The position numbers were made by a program, and so were the translations under genes. This document shows, piece by piece, positions 10,588 through 19,287 of a DNA stretch of 64,000 nucleotides (positions within the stretch are counted from its first letter, which is position 1; each line of letters starts with the position of its first letter). The notes under the pieces were generated by a model. That model was given only the letters and a program-made list of their open reading frames with translations. It was not told the origin of the DNA and did no database searches. Origin of the DNA: Methanoregula sp. (lineage in GTDB: Archaea; Halobacteriota; Methanomicrobia; Methanomicrobiales; Methanospirillaceae); the NCBI GenBank assembly GCA_023228295.1, contig JALOBP010000003.1, positions 1,065-65,064 of the forward strand. The letters are read 5' to 3'.

Positions 10588-12375
10588 CTAATACACCAGT
10601 ACGAAATACGCCATCAGGGTCGTCAGGAAGGCGCCAAGGAGTATGATTATCGCAACAGGAATGAGAAAACCCATCATCCCGTTAACCGTTGACGCGATCT
10701 GGGAGATCCGTTGCGAACCAAAAACCACGATCCCACGGCACCACGCGGTTGCACCGGCAGTGCGAGCTGGAGCGGCATCAGCAAGAGCTTCTATGACTGC
10801 TTCTTCAACACGGGGATAAAAATTGTCAACACTGACACGGAGTCCCACCTGGTTCCTGCCGGAGACCGTGTTGACAACATGGGTATCGGTTGTTGAAATC
10901 TCACATTCATCAACAATTGTGAGCAGCCGTTTGCGGATCTCGTCACGTGCACCGGTCTGCATGTTGTTGCCGTCAAAGAGGACGTACGCGGTCTTCTGGC
11001 CTCCGGTGTCCACAACGAGAACCTGGACACCGAGATCGCCAAATCCTTCCTTCCGTGAGAACGGGAATGTACGGGCTGCGTATCCGGCAGTGAACGTTAC
11101 CTGATCTTTTTGTGCGGTTGCCGCAAAAGCCGATTCTGCGGCGCCAAGATACTCCATGGCAAGTTCCGTTCCCGAATACACGCCGTCCTCCATTGCATCC
11201 ATGCAGTTATGGGCATCGATAAAACCAACATGTGGGAAATATTTCTCACCTGCTTTCATGATCGCAAACCCGAGTGCAAAATCAAGGTCTTCGGTGACGA
11301 GTGGCGATCGGGTTGCAATAACAAGGATGGTATCCCCGAATGCCTGTGCAAGTACATCCACCGACCCACAGCGATACCTTTCTGACCTGGTGCAGCCGGT
11401 ATTCGTGCAAACCGACGGACGGGCAGCAAGAACCGCATCACCCACTTTTTTTACTTCCACCTCATCGACCGGGTTGAAATCGTGCGAGGCAGAGCCGTGG
11501 AAGACCATCGATGCCGGTCCAAGCTGCTCGTGGAGGAGTTTTGGCAGGTTGCTCCCCCCGATTTCACCGAGAGGGCCGGGATGGACATTCGGAACTGTAA
11601 TGAATATGTCTTCCTTTCTCTCCCGCTGCATAACCAGCGAGACCTCCGGCACGACCACGCTCTCGCCTATGCTCCGGAAGAAGTCATCGAGTTTCCTGCT
11701 GCCCTCTGACAGGTGGAGGAGGAAGGCATTGACCAGTTCGAGTGGTCCGACCCTGAAGTTTGCCTTCATCGGGCGTTCAATGACATTGATAAAGACAAGG
11801 ACGCCGGCTGCAAAGCTGATATGGAGGAGGATGGAGATCTGGATAAATCCTATCCCCAGAAATGGTGCTGCCCCGACAACCGCGATGCCGGAGTGGAGGA
11901 GTGCCGGGATAATGACCCGGCTGATGCGGAAATTGACGACCGCTGCAAGAAGGAGCATCCGGAACGCAAAGACAAGAGCAAGCGAGATTGCAAAGAAGAG
12001 CGGGAACGAGAACCGGAAGAGCAGGATCGGTGAGAGTGAGACAAAAATCGAGATGATGAGACCAAGAGCTGCCGTGAGTCCCGACCAGCCATAATTGAGT
12101 TTTCCTGAGAACCGCCGGGCAAGCCAGGGTGTCAGGGCAAGGGCGGCAAGGGCTGGGATAAGATAGGCTGCGACCGGGAAGAGTGTTGGGTGTATGAGGG
12201 ATCCGGTTCCCAGCATTGCCATGACTTCGACACAGCCGGAGAGGATGAAGATGAGGACGAGTGACCGGGCCCATGATGGGCTTGTCACGATATATTTCGA
12301 GAGTGCCTCCAGTTTGAGGTCCATCTCACCGGACACAGAGCATGCCTCCTGTATGGGGCATCCCGCTCTCCTCAT
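10588..12375 (-). CDS. DUF2070 family archaeal membrane protein
   Basis: N-terminal TM bundle, then VHPGPLGEIGGSNLP, FHGSASHDFNP, IDAHNC, FDGNNM, TTDTHVVN motifs. Confidence 0.85.
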   Translation of the reverse strand: MRRAGCPIQEACSVSGEMDLKLEALSKYIVTSPSWARSLVLIFILSGCVEVMAMLGTGSLIHPTLFPVAAYLIPALAALALTPWLARRFSGKLNYGWSGLTAALGLIISIFVSLSPILLFRFSFPLFFAISLALVFAFRMLLLAAVVNFRISRVIIPALLHSGIAVVGAAPFLGIGFIQISILLHISFAAGVLVFINVIERPMKANFRVGPLELVNAFLLHLSEGSRKLDDFFRSIGESVVVPEVSLVMQRERKEDIFITVPNVHPGPLGEIGGSNLPKLLHEQLGPASMVFHGSASHDFNPVDEVEVKKVGDAVLAARPSVCTNTGCTRSERYRCGSVDVLAQAFGDTILVIATRSPLVTEDLDFALGFAIMKAGEKYFPHVGFIDAHNCMDAMEDGVYSGTELAMEYLGAAESAFAATAQKDQVTFTAGYAARTFPFSRKEGFGDLGVQVLVVDTGGQKTAYVLFDGNNMQTGARDEIRKRLLTIVDECEISTTDTHVVNTVSGRNQVGLRVSVDNFYPRVEEAVIEALADAAPARTAGATAWCRGIVVFGSQRISQIASTVNGMMGFLIPVAIIILLGAFLTTLMAYFVLVY

Positions 12376-12504
12376 TTGGACTGATCGTAATGTCAGGTAT
12401 GAGGTGGAAATATTGGCGGGTTCTATGGGTCATAGTATCAATGGTGTATCTGGATTATGACAGGATGAACGTTTCCGCGATCTTCCGTTACCGTTTTTCT
12501 GTCA

Positions 12505-12656
12505 GACTCCCGGAAATTGCGAAGTATGCGGGGGTGTGCGGGGGTGCCGGGATTCACGTAACGCGGCCGGAGGATCTCGAAACCGCAGTTCTTCGTGCAA
12601 TGACCATGAACCGCCCGGTCATCATTGATGGGGATACCGACGTTAAACGATTCTGA
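12505..12656 (+). pseudogene. C-terminal remnant of a TPP-binding enzyme (pyruvate oxidase / acetolactate synthase type)
   Basis: PEIAKYAGVCGGAGIHVTRPEDLETAVLRAMTMNRPVIIDGDTD..RF resembles the TPP_enzyme_C tail; the upstream part of the gene is absent. Confidence 0.6.
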
Positions 12657-12852
12657 AACAACAACTACAGCAAGGTTATCGCCCCTGCGGTCTCATCTTT
12701 TATGTCGGCCCTCCCCCAAATACACCAGTCTGGCCGGGCCCCCCAAGACCGATCCGGAAACCGCGTGCAGTGGGTATTTTAGTGAGATCCGGAAGACCTC
12801 TCATAAAGGTTCTCCATTAGTCTTATGCTTTAAAGAACGTCATAGTGTGTGG

Positions 12853-13407
12853 ATGGTCAATAAAAAATACGAATCATTGAAGATTGAAAACATCGTTGCA
12901 TCCGGTGTCATTGCAGAGTCTATTGATCTTGCTGATTTTTCAGATAAGACCGAGAACTGCGAACTCAATAAGAAACGATTTCCCGGCGCAGTATACCGTA
13001 TTGCGGATCCCAAGATCGCGTGCCTGATATTTTCATCGGGCAAGATCGTAATCACGGGTGTCCGTAACGATTCTGCACTCGCTGAAGGGCTTGCCATTGT
13101 TCTCAAATCGTTAAAATCTGCGGGCATCAAGCCACTCAAAGAGCCCCGTGTTGCGATTACCAATATGGTCTGCTCGTACAATCTTGGCAGGTACATTAAT
13201 CTCAATAAGCTGACTGTCACGCTCAATGTTGAAAATGTGGAGTACGAACCCGAACAGTTCCCCGGGCTTGTTTACCGTATCCAGGATCCGAAGATTGTTG
13301 TTCTTATCTTCTCGTCCGGGAAGATCATTCTGACCGGTGGAAAGACCCTTGATGATGTCAAGAAGGGCCTTGACGTTCTCGAAAAGAAGCTTGAAAGCCT
13401 TATCTAA
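12853..13407 (+). CDS. tbp: TATA-box binding protein (probably a secondary paralog)
   Basis: Two repeats: ENIVASG..RFPGAVYR..PKIACLIFSSGKIVITG and NMVCS..YEPEQFPGLVYR..PKIVVLIFSSGKIILTG. Confidence 0.95.
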   Translation: MVNKKYESLKIENIVASGVIAESIDLADFSDKTENCELNKKRFPGAVYRIADPKIACLIFSSGKIVITGVRNDSALAEGLAIVLKSLKSAGIKPLKEPRVAITNMVCSYNLGRYINLNKLTVTLNVENVEYEPEQFPGLVYRIQDPKIVVLIFSSGKIILTGGKTLDDVKKGLDVLEKKLESLI

Positions 13408-13934
13408 TTTTTTATTCCGTCAGGTCCCTTTTATCGTCCCATGACTGAAATGGAATGAACACCAGCGTGTGGAACTGCACACTCCTGTTTCTGTGCAGGC
13501 ATATGCCCCTTGGTATGAAGATCCTTCAACACTAAGATCCGTTTGGTTGAATTTCAGTGGCCAACGGCAGCGCGATCAGGAAAAAGTGTGTATTATTTTC
13601 TGTACCCGAGCCGACATGATTATCCCGCAGGACCGAGAGGATTCCAGACCGAATGGGATCGCGGCACATGAGTGCAACCATGTGTATTACAAAACGCATC
13701 ATTCATTTCCGGGTGTGTGATTGAGTCATCTCTCAATACCCCCTCTTTGCCATGGCCGATCCTGACGCAATTCCGGTGGGATGCCAGATCCAGGTTCCAT
13801 CTATCATGATACGCGGGATCCGGTCGGACATTTGGGGCGGGGAAATGATCACCTTTCATGGAGCAATAAAAACAATTCAACATGACCCTTTATGAGAATC
13901 CGTGTGCAAACCTTATAGTACCGGGCAAATTACT

Positions 13935-15317
13935 ATGGATTACTCAATTCTGTCTTCACTCCTCGTCCTCCTGCAACTGATCTGTGTTATCATCGTGGCA
14001 GCCTATCTTCTCACCCGGAGCCGGATATTCCCGGAGATCCTTGATGGCCATCCTACGATAAAAACCCAGGTCATCCTTGTCCTGCTCTTTGGCGCCCTTT
14101 CCATGTACGGGACCCTTAGCGGGATCGATTTTATGGGTGCGCGTACCAATGTCCGCGACCTCGGGCCGATGCTCGCCGGCCTGCTTGGCGGCCCGTGGGT
14201 GGGACTCGGGGCCGGACTGATAGGTGCAGCCCACCGGATGACCATTGAGGGGTTCACCGTATATTCCTGCTCGCTCGCAACGGTCTTTGCCGGGCTTTTT
14301 GGAGGACTCATCTGGCTTGCCCATAAGCGGAAGTTTGCCGGAACCACGATAGCGGTGCTGTTTGCGATTCTTATGGAAGTGTTCCACATGGCCCTCACCC
14401 TCCTCATGTGCCGCCCGTTGGACCAGGCGCTTCTTGTAGTATCAACAGTTTCCATCCCGATGATTTTAGCCAATGCCGCGGGAATGTTTATCTTTGCATC
14501 CATGGTTGAAAATATCCAGAACGAACGGAAGATGCAGGCGGAACGCGATACGCTCATGCGGGAGATCGAACGCAAGAACACCGAGCTTGCCATCGCAGCA
14601 GAGATCCAGCAGAGTTTCCTTCCTGATACGATTGCCCAAATCGAAGGGTACGATATTATAGCAAAATGTGTCATGGCAAAAGAAGTTGGCGGGGACTTTT
14701 TCGATGTTATTCCGCTTGAAATCCTGCCGCTGGGAAAAGGTCAGCTTGGGATCATGATCGCGGATGTCTCCGGTAAAGGGATCCCCGCAGCCCTGTTCAT
14801 GGCCTTGTCAAGGATCGTGGTCCGGGTCAATGCCCCGTGGTATGGAAACAGACCGGCTGCTGCCATACGGGATGCAAATGCCGTCATCTCGCACGACTCG
14901 AAATCCGGTATGTTTGTGACCCTCTTTTACGGATATCTCGACTCAACAACCCGGACACTTACGTATGTAAATGCCGGCCACAATCCCCCCATCCATTACA
15001 CGGAGGCAGATGGCACACTTTCGGAACTTGTTGCAAACGGTATTGCAATGGGAGCAATAGATGATGCAGATTATACTCAGGAAGTGGTGCGTCTGGCGCC
15101 AGGCGATATCCTTGTCCTGTACACGGACGGGATAACCGAAGCGGAAAATTCCCGGCTGGAGATGTTCGGTCTCGACCGGCTGGAAAAGATTATCATTGCA
15201 TCACACAATCTTCCGGTAAAAGAGATTGGATCTGCAATCATGGATGCGGTCCATGAATTTACCGGCGATCACCCCCAGTCGGATGACATCACCCTGATGA
15301 TAATTCGGAGCCTCTAA
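13935..15317 (+). CDS. Membrane sensor (5TM-LytS-like) fused to PP2C/SpoIIE (RsbU-type) phosphatase
   Basis: NVRDLGPMLAGLLGGPWVGLGAGLIG LytS-type TM region; VGGDFFD, IADVSGKG, AGHNPP, LYTDGITEA, DDITL phosphatase motifs. Confidence 0.9.
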   Translation: MDYSILSSLLVLLQLICVIIVAAYLLTRSRIFPEILDGHPTIKTQVILVLLFGALSMYGTLSGIDFMGARTNVRDLGPMLAGLLGGPWVGLGAGLIGAAHRMTIEGFTVYSCSLATVFAGLFGGLIWLAHKRKFAGTTIAVLFAILMEVFHMALTLLMCRPLDQALLVVSTVSIPMILANAAGMFIFASMVENIQNERKMQAERDTLMREIERKNTELAIAAEIQQSFLPDTIAQIEGYDIIAKCVMAKEVGGDFFDVIPLEILPLGKGQLGIMIADVSGKGIPAALFMALSRIVVRVNAPWYGNRPAAAIRDANAVISHDSKSGMFVTLFYGYLDSTTRTLTYVNAGHNPPIHYTEADGTLSELVANGIAMGAIDDADYTQEVVRLAPGDILVLYTDGITEAENSRLEMFGLDRLEKIIIASHNLPVKEIGSAIMDAVHEFTGDHPQSDDITLMIIRSL

Positions 15318-15319
15318 TC

Positions 15320-15736
15320 ATGAATCCCCCTGTAGTCCTGACAATTGGATCGGATATTGCGGAGATCCCCAAAGTTTCTGCCCATCTGGAAGATCTGATG
15401 CAGGTATCCGGTTTTCTTCCTGAGGCTATTCTCGATACCCAGCTCGCTGTAGAGGAGGCCATCACCAATGTAATTGTCCATGGTTATAAAAAATCCCGTG
15501 GCGTGATCCGCGTCTCCTGTCAGGTTAGCAGTAACGCAGCAGAGATACAGATCGCGGATGCCGCACCGCCCTTTGATCCGTTGTCAATCCCGGAACCCGA
15601 CCTGGATGGTGATGTAACCGAGCGGCGGATAGGTGGACTGGGTGTGCACCTTATCCGGCAGGTGATGGACGATTTCTCATATCGGTATGAAAACGGAGAA
15701 AATGTTCTTATCCTGACCAAAAAAAAGGCTGATTAA
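15320..15736 (+). CDS. RsbW/SpoIIAB-like serine kinase (anti-sigma-factor family HATPase)
   Basis: AVEEAITNVIVHGY (N box), IADAAPPFDP, GGLGVHLIRQVMD. Confidence 0.88.
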   Translation: MNPPVVLTIGSDIAEIPKVSAHLEDLMQVSGFLPEAILDTQLAVEEAITNVIVHGYKKSRGVIRVSCQVSSNAAEIQIADAAPPFDPLSIPEPDLDGDVTERRIGGLGVHLIRQVMDDFSYRYENGENVLILTKKKAD

Positions 15737-15740
15737 CTAT

Positions 15741-17048
15741 TTACGATTCTTTTGTGATCGTCTGGATATAGGCAACGCCGATCTTGGCCTTGCGGAGCCG
15801 GGTGGAGTCGAGGAGATGGCGCATATCGGCAAACTCGCCCTCGCTCGTAATCTTTCTCACCTGCGTGTTGAGGTCAAGCGACGGGTCGTACGGGATATTC
15901 TTGAACACCACCCCGTGGTTGTGAAGGTACATCTGTTTTCCTGCCCCTTTGTTCAACGGGTTGGCGTAATAGATGGAGGCGATGTCTTCGACATTGAAAC
16001 CGGAAAGATCATGGGTGAGATCGATCCCGATCCCGAAACTGACCAGCGTGTCGCCCTTGTAGGATGACCCGGTATCGGCGGCAACCCATTCGTGGAGGTG
16101 CGCCGGGGACATGATCGACTGTCCGTCAGCGGGCGTGGAACCGGCCACAGGGGCTTTTTTCAGCCCCGAGCTGGCAAGGCTGTCAAGGACACCCCAGATC
16201 GTCACGGCAACCACGCCATGATAGCTCTGCACCCGCTCGTTTGCTGACGAGAAGATGGTCCGGTAGATGTCGGCAATGGAAACCCCGGTTGCGTTCTCGC
16301 TCTCGAGCGTGAAATACTCGTTGAACGGGCCGTCCAGCGTGATGTTGTAGCCGGTGTACACCGGGACATCGCCCCCGGTGTCAAGGGGAGTGAGGAAGTC
16401 AGGCGTATTGTTGCCGTCCGTGGGCAGCCAGACCATCGAGCCATGGAGCGTGATCATCTCGCCAAGGAGCGGGAGCGCATCGTTGACATCTGCGCCGAGT
16501 GCCCCGAGACCGAGCGAGTAATTCACTTCCGAGAACTTCCGGGTTTTTACATCAGATGCGGTGATCGTTGCATAGAGCACTTTCTTCAGATCGCCCAGCA
16601 CGCGGAGGGCCGGAGGCGTGGTCATCCAGCCGGGCTCGATGGTCAGCTTCACGCCTTCCCCCACGATCTTCTTGTAGAAGAGCTCGTTGAAGAGCGAGGG
16701 GTTTTTCCGTTTTTTGACAATATCCCGGACCGCTTCTTCGGTTGTCGGGAAGATATCAAAGACCGTGGTGAACCCGGCCATGTCGAGGACCTTTTTGGGG
16801 TACTCCCCGACATTGCTGAGGGCGAGCCGCCCGTTCCGTCGTTTCATCTCGCGCTTTAAGCTGTTGAATGTCCTGATTCCCCCGCTGCTCAGGTAAGATG
16901 AGCCTGCAAGGTCAACGACCAGTTCCTTATCGTCATCATGGAGGGCTTCGCGGGCCCAGGTGTCAAGCTGCTGCGCCCCGAATGCATCGAGACGGCCTGC
17001 AACAAAAAAGATGAGGACGCCGTCATTCCTCTCGCTTCGTGCTTCCAT
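15741..17048 (-). CDS. STAS (RsbV/SpoIIAA-like) domain fused to a ~320-aa unknown C-terminal domain
   Basis: GRLDAFGA..VVDLAGSSYLSSGGIR..VLDMAGFTTVFDIF STAS core in the first ~110 aa. Confidence 0.85.
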   Translation of the reverse strand: MEARSERNDGVLIFFVAGRLDAFGAQQLDTWAREALHDDDKELVVDLAGSSYLSSGGIRTFNSLKREMKRRNGRLALSNVGEYPKKVLDMAGFTTVFDIFPTTEEAVRDIVKKRKNPSLFNELFYKKIVGEGVKLTIEPGWMTTPPALRVLGDLKKVLYATITASDVKTRKFSEVNYSLGLGALGADVNDALPLLGEMITLHGSMVWLPTDGNNTPDFLTPLDTGGDVPVYTGYNITLDGPFNEYFTLESENATGVSIADIYRTIFSSANERVQSYHGVVAVTIWGVLDSLASSGLKKAPVAGSTPADGQSIMSPAHLHEWVAADTGSSYKGDTLVSFGIGIDLTHDLSGFNVEDIASIYYANPLNKGAGKQMYLHNHGVVFKNIPYDPSLDLNTQVRKITSEGEFADMRHLLDSTRLRKAKIGVAYIQTITKES

Positions 17049-17553
17049 AGGGTATCTGCTCCTGATGATGGTTTATTCCCGGTGGCATTTAAAGTTGGGG
17101 TAATATGAATGCGGGCAGGAAATCTCCCCCGGGCCTGTTCTGCCGGAGCATCTGCCGGTAACCGGGTTCTCTCCTGCAGGCCCAGGGGGATCCATCCAGG
17201 ATTCCGGCAGACTCGCGACGGGGGGTTTGCAGGCAAAAACTCGTCAGGGAATTCCATATGGCACGAGAAAAAGGGGAAAGGCTGCACCAGTTCCGGTTAT
17301 GGTTGCAGCTCACCCGTGAGTGCTCTCGTCAGCTATGCCCCTGCCACGGGTCAGGTAAAGACGGCCCTGAAAAGGAAATAGACGTTCAGGAAGAGCGAGA
17401 AGACCAAAATGATGCCCCGAACATGAACAACAGGATATACGTGTTCTCTTCCTTCACTACTGAATTGTCCATGGAAGTTTGATTTTCTCATGAACTCTTA
17501 ATACCATCGGTTTTGTTTCACCAAAAGGGGGAAACGATCCCTGGATTCCCGGA

Positions 17554-18069
17554 TCAATTAAGGGAAGTAAAAATAAGCAGCTGCCTTCCATCTTTTCCAA
17601 ACATCTTCAGGCTGGTTTCCGAGACCCGGAATTCGGTACAGTTCATGAGATCCACGAAGTACGCCTCTTCCTGTTCTGTTGCTTCCGGGTCCCAGCAGCG
17701 CAGGCCGGCAATGACGGGCTCCGAAAGGGCGATGCTGTAATCGTTTGTCGTATAATTGACCGCGTAAAAACTGCACCCCGATCGGCCTCCGGCAACACCG
17801 GCCTCAGGGAACCCAAACGTGACTGCAGCATCAGGAAGGGCGGGAACCATGACGCCGGTTGCATCAACATAGGTCTGGAGCTGCCATTCATGCGAGGCCA
17901 TGGTCGTGCCGGCCGATGCCCGGATATCGGTAACGTTTGCAAAGATTAACAGGAATACGAGAAATCCCACCAGAGCGATGGCAACCCAGAGCATCGGGCC
18001 GTGCTTATCCGGAGGACCTGCGGGTTGTCGGTCCTCCAGCATCTCGTCTTCCGGGCCCTCTTCATCCAT
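17554..18069 (-). CDS. META/HslJ domain membrane-anchored protein
   Basis: One TM helix, then EWQLQTY..GGRSGC..Y..LSEP....RC....TEQEEAYFVDL..F.V..TSLKM. Confidence 0.75.
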   Translation of the reverse strand: MDEEGPEDEMLEDRQPAGPPDKHGPMLWVAIALVGFLVFLLIFANVTDIRASAGTTMASHEWQLQTYVDATGVMVPALPDAAVTFGFPEAGVAGGRSGCSFYAVNYTTNDYSIALSEPVIAGLRCWDPEATEQEEAYFVDLMNCTEFRVSETSLKMFGKDGRQLLIFTSLN

Positions 18070-18210
18070 TGTATGATTCCGGCAGCATGGCGGACAATAA
18101 TCCTTTCGGTTACACACTGTCCGCACCCTGTGCAGTCACACGGGAGGGAGTGACGGGTAAGAGCCTCCTGAAACGGGTGGTTTTATCAGGAGGCAAAAAA
18201 CAGTACTGGT

Positions 18211-18435
18211 ATGGATGTGACGTCAGTAAAGAGGGCGGGGTTTCTTATTCTGGGCCTCATCTGCGCGTATTTCCTGGCAAATACGGTCTCGGTCGCGTTC
18301 CTCTCCACGTTGCGTCTGAGCGGGGCTGTCATGTCGGTCGGAGGATTCCTCATCTTTGCCATCATCTTCCTCCTCATCCTCAGGGGCCTTGAGAAGATCT
18401 CAGGAATGGTCTTTTTTGCATTTGACCTGAAATAA
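18211..18435 (+). CDS. Small two-TM hypothetical membrane protein
   Basis: 74-aa hydrophobic ORF between convergent genes. Confidence 0.5.
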   Translation: MDVTSVKRAGFLILGLICAYFLANTVSVAFLSTLRLSGAVMSVGGFLIFAIIFLLILRGLEKISGMVFFAFDLK

Positions 18436-18508
18436 CCAAAAATAACGTTCTGTTTTTATTCATGCAGCCGGAACTCCGGTTTGGCAATGTCCGGCAAAGA
18501 AAAAAGTA

Positions 18509-19072
18509 TCAGGGTGCTGCCTGTGCACCTTTTGCCACGAAAGCTACATAGATCGAGGCAAGGCCCGAAACTATTGCAAACCCGCCAAAGACAAACGGGA
18601 GGAGGGCGGCGGCGATGAATGGGTTGATTAGCAGGAGAAGACCGAATATGATGATGATGATCCCAAGCACACCGTTCCCGGCATCCTTTGCGGTATACGC
18701 CTGGTAGATATGGGCGGCACCGATGAAACAGGCCCAGAACCCGATGAAGATAATCATGAACGTGAAGACGAAGATCGTGCTGAACAGGGGATACATCAGG
18801 ATCAGGATGCCGGCAAGGATGTTGATGACCGAGAGGAAGATCTTCCATCCCATGTTGCTCCGGTCAACAAAAAGGCTGCCAATCGTGAACAGTCCGCCCA
18901 CAAGCCAGTACGCTCCCAGGAAGATGATGAAAAATTCCATGGTCTGGCCCGGGTTAATCAGGAACATGAATCCGACAAGAAGCGTCAGGATGCCCCAGAG
19001 GAGCAGGAGCCACCAGGGGAAGAATTGTGTGTCTGCAAGTGTCTGTTCAGGTTGGGAAATATCATCCGTCAT
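18509..19072 (-). CDS. HdeD/DUF308 family acid-resistance membrane protein
   Basis: WWLLLLWGILTLLVGFMFLINP repeated twice, six TM helices. Confidence 0.82.
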   Translation of the reverse strand: MTDDISQPEQTLADTQFFPWWLLLLWGILTLLVGFMFLINPGQTMEFFIIFLGAYWLVGGLFTIGSLFVDRSNMGWKIFLSVINILAGILILMYPLFSTIFVFTFMIIFIGFWACFIGAAHIYQAYTAKDAGNGVLGIIIIIFGLLLLINPFIAAALLPFVFGGFAIVSGLASIYVAFVAKGAQAAP

Positions 19073-19287
19073 GGTAACTATCACCAGTGATACATAAACA
19101 AAGATAGTATTTGTACTATTCTCTTGATTGCGGGACAATCACACTATTTGAACCCAGTCTGTACGTAATGGACGTGGCATTGGGGCAGCCCGTATTCGCA
19201 CCTCCCATTTAAATACAAGGTGCCACTAAGCCATGGTTTGAGGGAAACGGCCGGGAAGTCCCGTGTCGGATCTTAAAAAGGTGGTAC

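Noticed and set aside
13430-13900. Short ORFs between tbp and the phosphatase
   Set aside because: No motifs; conflicting frames on both strands
17100-17480. Possible eroded membrane-protein gene upstream of the STAS gene (MDNSVVKEENTYILLF..IILVFSLFLNVYFLF)
   Set aside because: Needs a frameshift and several stops, and no family was recognised; too weak to call
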